From assembly GCA_020847535.1 (NCBI GenBank), contig JADLBU010000003.1, positions 29,998-93,997 on the forward strand: 64,000 nt of DNA, written 5' to 3'. Shown one piece after another: positions 1-7,589 of this stretch. Each line of letters begins with the position of its first letter. Within the stretch, counting starts at the first letter, position 1. A program made the translations under genes and the position numbers. The notes beneath the pieces were generated by a model. The model was not told the origin of the DNA, ran no database searches, and worked only from the letters and a program-made list of their open reading frames with translations. This DNA is from Phycisphaerales bacterium. Its GTDB lineage: Bacteria; Planctomycetota; Phycisphaerae; Phycisphaerales; UBA1924.

Positions 1-1126
1 AGAGGGGGATGAAGTGGTGCATGGGGTACCACTTGGGGATGCGGCGGGCGAGCACACCTCCGGTGACCGCACCGATGCCCATGACACCCAGGAGGACGCC
101 AAAGGTCGCCTCCTCGCGGTGGTAGACATCACGGATGAAGACCGGGAGAAGTTGGATCAGGGGTGTGGCGAAGATCGCGAAGATGACCAGGGCCAGGAAG
201 GCGGCGCGCGGGCCTCGGCGATGAAATACGAAGGAGAGGGCCTCGGCGATGTCGTGCCAGGCCTCGCCGAGGACCGATCGCTCCCCTGCCTTGCGCGGTG
301 GTGCGGGTGAGTCGGGAGTGCGGGCGACCGAGATCAACACACCCAGGAAGCTGAGAGTGTTGATGATGAAAAGCCAGGTCGGTGTGGTCGCCGAGAGGAT
401 GAAGCCGCCCAGGGCCGGACCGATGACGCGGGCGAGGTTGAATTGGATCCCCATGAGGTGGATCGCCTCGGTGAGTTCGTGGCGGGGGACCAGGCGCGGG
501 GTGAGGACCTGCGAGGCGGGGGCATCGAATGCGATCGCGACGCCCTGCAGGCCCGAGAGGATCATGAGGACCAGGGGCGTTGCGATGTTGAAGGCGCTGG
601 CGAACACAAGCGCGAGGGCGATCAGCATCATGAAGATGCGCGTGAGCAGAAGCATCGTCTTGCGGTTCATGCGATCGGCGACCAGTCCGCCGACCATGCC
701 CAGGAAGAGGGATGGGAGCAGGGCGACCGTGGTGAGGTAGCCGAGCATGATGGTGGCATCGGGGTGGCCGGCATCCTTCCAGGCTTGCGACATGGTGATG
801 GTGGTCATCACCCAGCGGATACCGACGTGCTCCATCCATCCGCCGAGGCTGGAGCCGAAGCTGCCGATCCAGACGTTGCGGAAGTGGGCGTGGCGCAATA
901 CTCCCCAGCGCTGGCGCTTGCCGGCGGGGAGAACTCCGTTCATCGTGCTGGCGATCGGGTGGCCGCACTCGGGGCAGGCGGCGGTGGCCTCGAGGCCCTT
1001 GAGGTCGCAGGCGCAGCCGTTGCAGGCGAGGCGATCCGGAATCGCGCCGGGCATTGGCGCGGGGTGCCCTCGCGAAACACCCGTCCGCGCAGAGGCATCC
1101 TCCGTTGTTGTGACGGGTCCTTCCAT
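1..1126 (-). CDS. MFS transporter (EntS/DUF894-like), C-terminus beyond left edge, with N-terminal Cys4 zinc ribbon
   Basis: Absent from the ORF track (no stop in window). Own reverse-strand translation from ATG at 1126: MEGPVTTTEDAS..LACNGCACDLKGLEATAACPECGHPI..FRNVWIGSFGSSLGGWMEHVGIRWVM..LFLGMVGGLVADRMNRKTMLL..ARVIGPALGGFIL. Successive hydrophobic helices and a G-x-L-A-D-R loop motif are typical of MFS. Confidence 0.8.
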   Translation of the reverse strand, partial: MEGPVTTTEDASARTGVSRGHPAPMPGAIPDRLACNGCACDLKGLEATAACPECGHPIASTMNGVLPAGKRQRWGVLRHAHFRNVWIGSFGSSLGGWMEHVGIRWVMTTITMSQAWKDAGHPDATIMLGYLTTVALLPSLFLGMVGGLVADRMNRKTMLLLTRIFMMLIALALVFASAFNIATPLVLMILSGLQGVAIAFDAPASQVLTPRLVPRHELTEAIHLMGIQFNLARVIGPALGGFILSATTPTWLFIINTLSFLGVLISVARTPDSPAPPRKAGERSVLGEAWHDIAEALSFVFHRRGPRAAFLALVIFAIFATPLIQLLPVFIRDVYHREEATFGVLLGVMGIGAVTGGVLARRIPKWYPMHHFIPL

Positions 1127-1254
1127 GGGATCGCGATGGCCTGTGGAGTCTCTTTCCGCCTTCCGCCGTGGCACGCGGCCCACCCGTATGCCGGAGTTAC
1201 GGTAAGCGAGGGCAATGGTATGCGGGTGGGAGTTGTGCGGATGCTCGGTCGGGT

Positions 1255-2064
1255 TCACGCATCGGTGGCGGGCTTGTGCGATGGAGATGCGGCGGGCGGA
1301 TTGGCGAACCGGCATTGGCGGACGCCGATGTAGACGAGGATCTCAAAGACCAGGAGGCCCAGCACGTAGGATCCGCCGACGATGCCCGCCAGTGCTGCAT
1401 CGCCGGTGGAGTAGGTTGCCGTCCCGGAGCCGCCACCGCGGGCGAGCAGGCGATCGAGGAGGCTTGGTCTGCCTCCCGGCGCTGCCCAGAGAATCGCCAT
1501 CGCCATGAGCGGGACAACAGCGCCGACGACCCAGCCGGCCGAGGCGTGGGCGCAGATCTGCCATGCGGCGATCGGGGTCAATCGCCAACCGCGTCTCTTG
1601 GCGAAGAAGAGGATGCCGCGGCACTCGATCGCGGTGAGGGAGAGCAGGATCGCGGCGATCAGGAGGGCCTGGGTGGGGAATACCAGTGCGTAGGCGAGCA
1701 GTTGGATAAGGGGGCCTTGGGCACGTGCAGCCCGCGCGGGATCCCCGACAAGGGTGCCGCTCCATGGAGCGACGAGGAGCGCGCCGGCGAGCGGGAGCGT
1801 GGCGAGCATGAGGGAGAAGATCCCGCGTTTCTCGATCGCCAGTTGGCGGAACCGGATCTTGGGATGACGGATCGTGCCCCAGTGTGTCAGCCACCAGTTG
1901 GTGAGGCTGCGCTTGCGCTGCCAAGGAGAGCCGGGGCGGGCGGAGGAGAGCGAACTGGAAATCGGTGTGCCGCATTCCGGGCATGCGCCGGCGGGGCTTT
2001 CCAATCCGCCGAGCGGGTAGCCGCAGGATTCGCACAGCAGATTGGCATCGATCTGGTCAGGCAT
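1255..2064 (-). CDS. Zn-ribbon membrane protein, unknown function (269 aa)
   Basis: ORF 1255..2526 trimmed to the internal ATG at 2064. The upstream part overlaps ndh and is Ser/Pro/Ala-rich junk. Starts MPDQIDANLLCESCGYPLGGLESPAGACPECGTPI, followed by several hydrophobic helices. The ATG overlaps the ndh stop by 8 nt. Confidence 0.6.
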   Translation of the reverse strand: MPDQIDANLLCESCGYPLGGLESPAGACPECGTPISSSLSSARPGSPWQRKRSLTNWWLTHWGTIRHPKIRFRQLAIEKRGIFSLMLATLPLAGALLVAPWSGTLVGDPARAARAQGPLIQLLAYALVFPTQALLIAAILLSLTAIECRGILFFAKRRGWRLTPIAAWQICAHASAGWVVGAVVPLMAMAILWAAPGGRPSLLDRLLARGGGSGTATYSTGDAALAGIVGGSYVLGLLVFEILVYIGVRQCRFANPPAASPSHKPATDA

Positions 2065-3427
2065 GCGGCACCGACATTGGTTCGCCGCGATCCCGCGGCT
2101 GATCGAGCGGACGCTCGATGCGGAGCTGTGCGGGTCCGGTGATGAGGCGGGCATCGCGCGAGAAGAAGAACCAGTTGAGGATCCAGCTGAACATGACCAG
2201 GAAGCGGTTGCGGAAGGTGATGAGGAAGGCGATGTGGATGCAGCCCCAGAGGAGCCAGGCGAGGAAGCCGCCGAAGTGGAGCTGGCCGATGACGGCGACC
2301 GCCTTGGCGCGGCCAATGGTCGCCATCGTGCCCTTGTCGTTGTAAATGAACGGTTCGCGTCGTGGGATAGGGCCGGGCTTGCCGTCTGGAGTGGGCCAGG
2401 CGAGGGCCGCGAGTTCGCGGGCGAGCGCGCGGCCGGCGTAGCGACCCATCTGGATCGCCGCGGGGGCAACGCCGGGGACGGGCTGGTTGGTGTCGGGTGA
2501 GCGGATCGCGGCGATATCGCCCGCAACCAGGACTTCGGGATGCCCGGGGATGGACAGATCGTGGTTGGCGAGCACGCGGCCGGAAGGGTCGAGAGGGACG
2601 CCGAGGGTGCGGGTGAGTTGGCTTGCCTGGACTCCGGCGGCCCAGAAGACGTTGCGGACGCTCAGGAATTCATCGCCGATGCGGATGCCATCCGGGGAGA
2701 TGTCTGTCACGCGGGCGTTGAGGCGGACCTCGACACCCATGCGTTCGAGGTCGTGCTTGGCGCGGTCGGAGAGGTTGGAGGGGAAGGCGGTGAGGAGGCG
2801 ATCGGCGCCTTCGAGGAGGACGACGCGTGTGGTGGTGGTGTCGATGAAGCGGAAATCGCGCGGGATGGACTGGGCGGCGATCTCTTTGATGGCGCCTGCG
2901 AGCTCGACGCCGGTAGGTCCGCCGCCGATGATCGCGAAGGTGAGGGCAGCGCGGCGAGCGGTGTCGCTGCCTTCGTACTCGGCGGATTCGAACGCGAGCA
3001 GGATGCGCCGGCGGAGCTCGGTGGCATCCTCGATGGTCTTGAGGCCGGGGGCGAGCGTGGCCCAGTTGTCGTGCCCGAAGTAGGAATGGGTGGCGCCGGC
3101 GGCGAGGATGAGGTAGTCGTAGGAGATGGCGATGCCGTCGGGGAACCGGACTTGCCTGGCGGCGAGGTCGATCCCGGACGGTTCGGCGAGCACGATGCTG
3201 GTGTTGGTGCTGCGCCTGAGGATGCGGCGGATGGATGTGGCGATATCGGCGGGTGAGAGGGCGGCGGTGGCGACCTGGTAGAGGAGGGGCTGGAAGACGT
3301 GGTGGTTGCGGCGATCGATGAGGAGGATGCGGGCTCTGGATTTTCGGAGGGCTTTGGCGGCGGCGAGCCCGGCGAAGCCTCCGCCGATGATGATGACGCG
3401 GGGCGGGTCGGGGCGTGGGCCGGTCAT
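2057..3427 (-). CDS. ndh: Type II NADH dehydrogenase (NDH-2), FAD/NAD-binding
   Basis: 456 aa. N-terminal Rossmann motif RVIIIGGGFAGLAAAKAL, second dinucleotide site FAIIGGGPTGVELAG, then GDIA..PGVAPAAIQMG and a C-terminal membrane-anchor helix; a typical NDH-2 layout. Confidence 0.9.
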   Translation of the reverse strand: MTGPRPDPPRVIIIGGGFAGLAAAKALRKSRARILLIDRRNHHVFQPLLYQVATAALSPADIATSIRRILRRSTNTSIVLAEPSGIDLAARQVRFPDGIAISYDYLILAAGATHSYFGHDNWATLAPGLKTIEDATELRRRILLAFESAEYEGSDTARRAALTFAIIGGGPTGVELAGAIKEIAAQSIPRDFRFIDTTTTRVVLLEGADRLLTAFPSNLSDRAKHDLERMGVEVRLNARVTDISPDGIRIGDEFLSVRNVFWAAGVQASQLTRTLGVPLDPSGRVLANHDLSIPGHPEVLVAGDIAAIRSPDTNQPVPGVAPAAIQMGRYAGRALARELAALAWPTPDGKPGPIPRREPFIYNDKGTMATIGRAKAVAVIGQLHFGGFLAWLLWGCIHIAFLITFRNRFLVMFSWILNWFFFSRDARLITGPAQLRIERPLDQPRDRGEPMSVPHA

Positions 3428-4353
3428 GGGCTGACTTTATCAGTGGTCGGAAGCGGTGGAAGTTGCCGCCTTGCCCGCGCGACGGTGCGCTCCAGCCAGA
3501 CGGCTTCCTGCACGCGATGGGGAGTGGAGCTTATGAGATAGAGCACGGCCAGCGCCAAGCCCAGGCCCATGACGCTCCAGGGCGCAGCAGTTCCGTTGAC
3601 GAACCAGGCGATTACTGACCAGACCGGGCCGATGGTGCAGAGGATGAGCATTACAACCAGGTTTGTGCGATCGTTGTGGTGCTTGCGGATGAACTTGGGA
3701 TCCCACGATGAGGTGCGGCGCTCGAGGTGTTCGAAGATTCGGCGGAGTGAGAAGAGGAATGACCAGATCAGGGCGGTGGCGATCAGGCGCGGGAGCGTGT
3801 GCAGCGGAGGCGTGATCGCCGGGATGAGCCGATCGGCGAGCAGGATGAGGGCGGGAATCACGGGGCCGATCCAGCGGACGATATTGCGGTGCGCAGGGGG
3901 CGGGGCAAGTCCGCCGGGGGGCGATTCCGAAATGAACCAGCAGGCGACGATGTAACCCACCGCGCACAGCGGCAGGAGCACCATGTAGCCGACCATGAGC
4001 ACGACCTGAAGGCCATCGAAGATGCTCTTGACGATCGGCTCGCCCGACACCCCTGCGATCAATCCGACGATGACGGAGAGAACCAGAACGGTGAGCATTC
4101 CGAGGACAGGCCAGAGGAGCGAGGCGTGGAAGAGGTGGAGACCGCGGCTGATGCGCAGAACCCAGGGCAGCGGGGCGTGCCGCAAGAGGTTGCCCTGCTG
4201 GGACGACTGGGCGAGCGGGGTTCCGCATTCCGGGCATGGTTGGGTGTTATCGAGGCCCGAAAGGTCGTATCCGCAGTTGATGCAGATCGGGTTGGGGTCG
4301 AGTAGTTCGGGTTCTTCGTGGAGGGGAGTGGGGATAGGGACGGGGGTGGACAT
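3424..4353 (-). CDS. Zn-ribbon membrane protein, unknown function (309 aa)
   Basis: ORF 3424..5109 trimmed to ATG 4353 because the upstream part overlaps the methyltransferase gene and is low-complexity. Starts MSTPVPIPTPLHEEPELLDPNPICINCGYDLSGLDNTQPCPECGTPL, followed by about 6 hydrophobic helices. The stop overlaps the ndh ATG (ATGA, 4 nt). Confidence 0.6.
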   Translation of the reverse strand: MSTPVPIPTPLHEEPELLDPNPICINCGYDLSGLDNTQPCPECGTPLAQSSQQGNLLRHAPLPWVLRISRGLHLFHASLLWPVLGMLTVLVLSVIVGLIAGVSGEPIVKSIFDGLQVVLMVGYMVLLPLCAVGYIVACWFISESPPGGLAPPPAHRNIVRWIGPVIPALILLADRLIPAITPPLHTLPRLIATALIWSFLFSLRRIFEHLERRTSSWDPKFIRKHHNDRTNLVVMLILCTIGPVWSVIAWFVNGTAAPWSVMGLGLALAVLYLISSTPHRVQEAVWLERTVARARRQLPPLPTTDKVSP

Positions 4354-4408
4354 GTGAGCCAGTGGTTGATCGCACCACCTTGGCCGCGGCGGCCAAGGCG
4401 GTGGCACG

Positions 4409-5521
4409 TTACGGAATGAACATCCGGGCGGCGAAACGGTCCTGTTCCCGGGCGAAGTCGATCGGTGGTGGCGGAAGCTCGATGTAGCGCGGCGGCTTGC
4501 CGAGAGCCTTCTTGATCTCGCGATCGAATCGGCCGGGGAGGCAGAGTTCGCGGGTGTTGGTGGAGGCGAAGATGGCGCCCTTGGGTCGAAGGAGCGACGC
4601 GGCTTCGTGGATGAGTTTGGGGTAGTGTTCGGTGGAGGACCAGGCGGGGATCTTTTTCTTCTTGCTTGCGGTCGAGAAGCTTGGTGGGTCGAGGATGATG
4701 AGGTCGTAGGTGAGTTTCTTTCGGCGGGCGTAGCGGAAGAACTCGAAGGTATCCATCTTCGCGAAGCGGTGGGTGTCGGGGAGGGTGGGATCGATGCCGT
4801 TGTGGGCGAAGTTGCGTTTGCCCCAGTCAAGGTACTTGGGGGAGATGTCGACGCTGGTGGTGAGGGCACCGGCGAGCGCGCAGGAGATGGAGAAAGCGCA
4901 GGTGTAGGCGAAGGTGTTGAGGACTTGGAGTGGAGGGGTGGCAGCGCTTCGGTCGGCGGCATTGGAAGTACGAGGAGAACCCTCCCCCGGCCCCTCCCTC
5001 CGGGAAGGGAGCCAAGAGGCGAGAAAGCGGCGGTTGTCGCGCTGGTCGGAGAAGAGGCCGGTGGAGAAGCTATCGAAGAGGCGGACCTCAAATCGGCAGT
5101 TGCGCTCACGGATCACGATCGCTTCATCAAGAGGTTCCCCGGCGGCGGGCGTGGGGTCGGTCAGGACCACGGGAGCGTTGCCGCCGAGGCGCGAGCGGTC
5201 CTTGGCGAACGGCTTGAGGTAGATCGCGGTTACGCCCAGCTCGGCGGTCTGGGCGAGCAGCTCCTTGGCGGCCTTCATCACCTGGAAATCGCCGGGGACT
5301 CGGCCCTCGTAAAGGATGAGCACGCAGCCGGGGCCGTAGCGGTCGATGAAGATGCCATCGATGCCATCGGCAGCGCCGCCGAAGAGGCGGAGGGCTTGGA
5401 TCGCGTCATCTCGCAGCAGGGGGCTTCGACGCTTGATCGCGGCGGCGAGCAGATCGGAGAATGGTCGTGTTGCGGTGGAGGCGGTCGGAGCGATGGGAGT
5501 TTGGAGATGTGGGTGGGGCAT
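4409..5521 (-). CDS. Class I SAM-dependent RNA methyltransferase, RlmI/RlmK-like
   Basis: 370 aa. N-terminal PUA/EEHEE-like part, then VLNTFAYTCAFSISCALAGA..TSVDISPKYLDWGKRNFAHNG..YDLIILDPPSF (SAM motifs I and IV). Carries an extra segment, SRREGPGEGSPRTSNAADRSAATPP, encoded by a palindromic repeat. Confidence 0.8.
   Translation of the reverse strand: MPHPHLQTPIAPTASTATRPFSDLLAAAIKRRSPLLRDDAIQALRLFGGAADGIDGIFIDRYGPGCVLILYEGRVPGDFQVMKAAKELLAQTAELGVTAIYLKPFAKDRSRLGGNAPVVLTDPTPAAGEPLDEAIVIRERNCRFEVRLFDSFSTGLFSDQRDNRRFLASWLPSRREGPGEGSPRTSNAADRSAATPPLQVLNTFAYTCAFSISCALAGALTTSVDISPKYLDWGKRNFAHNGIDPTLPDTHRFAKMDTFEFFRYARRKKLTYDLIILDPPSFSTASKKKKIPAWSSTEHYPKLIHEAASLLRPKGAIFASTNTRELCLPGRFDREIKKALGKPPRYIELPPPPIDFAREQDRFAARMFIP
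4977..5012. repeat. C/G-tract palindromic element, copy inside the methyltransferase CDS
   Basis: gaaccctcccccggcccctccctccgggaagggagcc; about 85 percent identical to 37157-37189. Contains the self-complementary CTCCCT...AGGGAG. Confidence 0.8.
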
Positions 5522-5530
5522 TCAAAGGCA

Positions 5531-5624
5531 GAGTCTTTACCACAGAGGCACAGAGAACACAGAGAAAACCAATTCTCACTGTTTCATCCTCCGCGATTTC
5601 TATGCCTCCGTGGCGAGTCTTTCC
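5531..5624. repeat. CAC(A/G)GAG word-hairpin element, copy 1
   Basis: Left arm gagtctttaccacagaggcacagagaacacagagaaaacc; right arm cctccgcgatttctatgcctccgtggcgagtctttcc. CCACAGAGGCA vs TGCCTCCGTGG are complementary apart from transition mismatches. Lies between the DUF885 stop and the methyltransferase start. Confidence 0.75.
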
Positions 5625-5627
5625 GTC

Positions 5628-7496
5628 CTAATTCGTATCGAACTTCCAGGATGTCTCATAGTCGCGGGTGAGCGGCATGTTGAGGACTGAGGCGCGGACC
5701 ATCTCGACGGGGATGCTGCCCTCGGTGAGGATTCGGTCGTTGAACTGGCGTTCGGTGAATCCCTGCTTGAGCGCTTCATCGTGGAGGGCGGTGATCTGGA
5801 GGCCGCCCATGAGGTAGCCGACCTGGTAGAGGGGGGAATAGTCTCCGTCGATGTAGCGGCGGACTTCGCTGGTGGCGTTGTTGCGTTCGTGGCCGACGCG
5901 ATCGACGAGGAATTCGACCATCTCGGGCGGGGTGATCTGCCCGAGATGGAACTTGAGGCTGACGATGATGCGGGCGCCCCGATGCATGCGCCAGAAGAGC
6001 ATGCCGATGCGGTCCTCGGGGCTCTTGGCCCAGTTGAGGTTCCAGAGCTTGATCTCCCAGGCCAGGCACCAGCCCTCGACGAAGAAGGGGGTGCTGAAGA
6101 TGCCGCGATAGGGGCGGTAGCGCTGGGCCATGTAGCCCTGGAGGTGGTGGCCGGGGATGAGCTCGTGGGGGACGACGATGCGGGAGAAGTGCTTGTTGTT
6201 CCCGCGCATCACCTGAAGCTTGTCCTCGAAGGACTGCTGGTCGGATGCGTAGCCGACGCCGATGTGGAGGCCGCCGTAGTACTGGAAGGGCCAGAACTTC
6301 TGGCGATCGGGCGTGATCATCTCCAGGCGCCACAGCTCGGCGTTGAGGTCCGGGATGGTGATGAGGTCGTTCTTCTTCAGGAACTCGATCTGCTCCCGGA
6401 CGATTTGGGTGCAGTAGTGGGTCTGCTCTCCGGGATCGACATAGCTGTTCTTGACCTTCTCAAGGGCCTTCTTCCAGTCATCACCGAAGCCCATCTCGGT
6501 GGAGGCCTTCTTCATCTCGGCCTCGCACCAGTCGAACTGTGCCTGGCCGATGGCGATCAGTTCCTCGGGGGAGTAGGCGATGAACTCGTTCTTGAGGTCG
6601 GCGAGCAGGGTTTCGCGGCCGATGGGGTCGCCGATCAGGGGATCGGAGTCTTCACCCTTGAGGCCGGCGACCTCCTTGCGGAGGTATTCGGCGTAGTCGG
6701 CGATCGCCTTGTCGGCCTGCTGGTAGGGCTTCTCGACCCACCAGGAGAAGCCCGGGTCGAACTGGTTGTGGTACTCGTACCACCCGCGGAGCGAGCCGCG
6801 GAGGGAGCCGGCAGCGCTGGAGGTGCGCTGCGCGAGCACGGGGGTGGTTGAGATCGGGGCATCGTCGGCGTTGCCGGAGTCGGCGGGCTTTTCGCCCTTG
6901 CGGCTCTTGTCGATGCGTTCACGGAGCTTCTTGATCTGGTTGGGGATCGCGGCGATCTGCTCGGCGGCGTCGCGGGGATCTATGCGCTCCATGCGCCAGC
7001 GCTGCTCTTCGAGGTTGCAGATGGTGCGACGGAAGGGCAGGAGCGGATCCATCTCGTTGAGGCGCCGGCGATCGAGCTGGCTGTAGGCGATGCTGTTGCG
7101 CAGCTTGTTGCGCATCAGGAGATAATCGACCCTTGAATCCTGGGAGAGTGCATCGAAGTCGATCGCGCTGAGCTGGGCCTGGCGATCGGTGTAGAGCTTG
7201 TTGAGGCGATCGAACCGAGATTCGGACCAGGTGATGTTGTAGAAGCGTGAGATGTCGGAGGCATCCTCGGCGTAGAGCTGGATGAAGCTGGGGAGGAGGT
7301 TGACCTGGGCTTCGGTTGCTCGCGCGCTCTGGGCGCTGGGGCGGGCGGTTGGCGTGGAGGCTGTGCTTGGAGAGTTTGGGGAGACCGAGCTTGGCTGCTG
7401 GGCGCTGGTCGGTGTGCTGGGGGCAGCAAGAGTGGTGAGGGAGATCGCCAGCGGAAGGGCGAGCCGGGATGTCAGCGTGCGGTGTGGGGGGTGCAT
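5628..7496 (-). CDS. DUF885 family secreted protein (metallopeptidase-like HExxGH motif)
   Basis: 622 aa. Signal-like N-terminus LALPLAISLTTLAAPSTPTSAQQ; VVPHELIPGHHLQGYMAQ motif and the overall length are characteristic of DUF885. Confidence 0.75.
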   Translation of the reverse strand: MHPPHRTLTSRLALPLAISLTTLAAPSTPTSAQQPSSVSPNSPSTASTPTARPSAQSARATEAQVNLLPSFIQLYAEDASDISRFYNITWSESRFDRLNKLYTDRQAQLSAIDFDALSQDSRVDYLLMRNKLRNSIAYSQLDRRRLNEMDPLLPFRRTICNLEEQRWRMERIDPRDAAEQIAAIPNQIKKLRERIDKSRKGEKPADSGNADDAPISTTPVLAQRTSSAAGSLRGSLRGWYEYHNQFDPGFSWWVEKPYQQADKAIADYAEYLRKEVAGLKGEDSDPLIGDPIGRETLLADLKNEFIAYSPEELIAIGQAQFDWCEAEMKKASTEMGFGDDWKKALEKVKNSYVDPGEQTHYCTQIVREQIEFLKKNDLITIPDLNAELWRLEMITPDRQKFWPFQYYGGLHIGVGYASDQQSFEDKLQVMRGNNKHFSRIVVPHELIPGHHLQGYMAQRYRPYRGIFSTPFFVEGWCLAWEIKLWNLNWAKSPEDRIGMLFWRMHRGARIIVSLKFHLGQITPPEMVEFLVDRVGHERNNATSEVRRYIDGDYSPLYQVGYLMGGLQITALHDEALKQGFTERQFNDRILTEGSIPVEMVRASVLNMPLTRDYETSWKFDTN

Positions 7497-7589
7497 GGGT
7501 GAATCCTACAGGATCGCGGGGATCGCGTTGCGGGTGTGGTCGGCGGGGGGCCTGTACGATACCGCCCAACTTTGCAGGAGGTATCCATC

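Noticed and set aside
1255-2526. The full 423-aa ORF, and likewise 3424..5109 (561 aa), taken at face value
   Set aside because: The N-terminal about 150-250 residues are Ser/Pro/Ala/Thr low complexity and overlap the well-supported ndh and methyltransferase genes. Internal ATGs at 2064 and 4353 start exactly at the Zn-ribbon and give tidy 8-nt and 56-nt junctions with the upstream genes.
2981-2998. GTTCGAATCC (minus strand), resembling a tRNA T-loop
   Set aside because: The flanking bases cannot form a T-stem or acceptor stem, and the site lies inside the ndh coding sequence (..SAEYEGS..).
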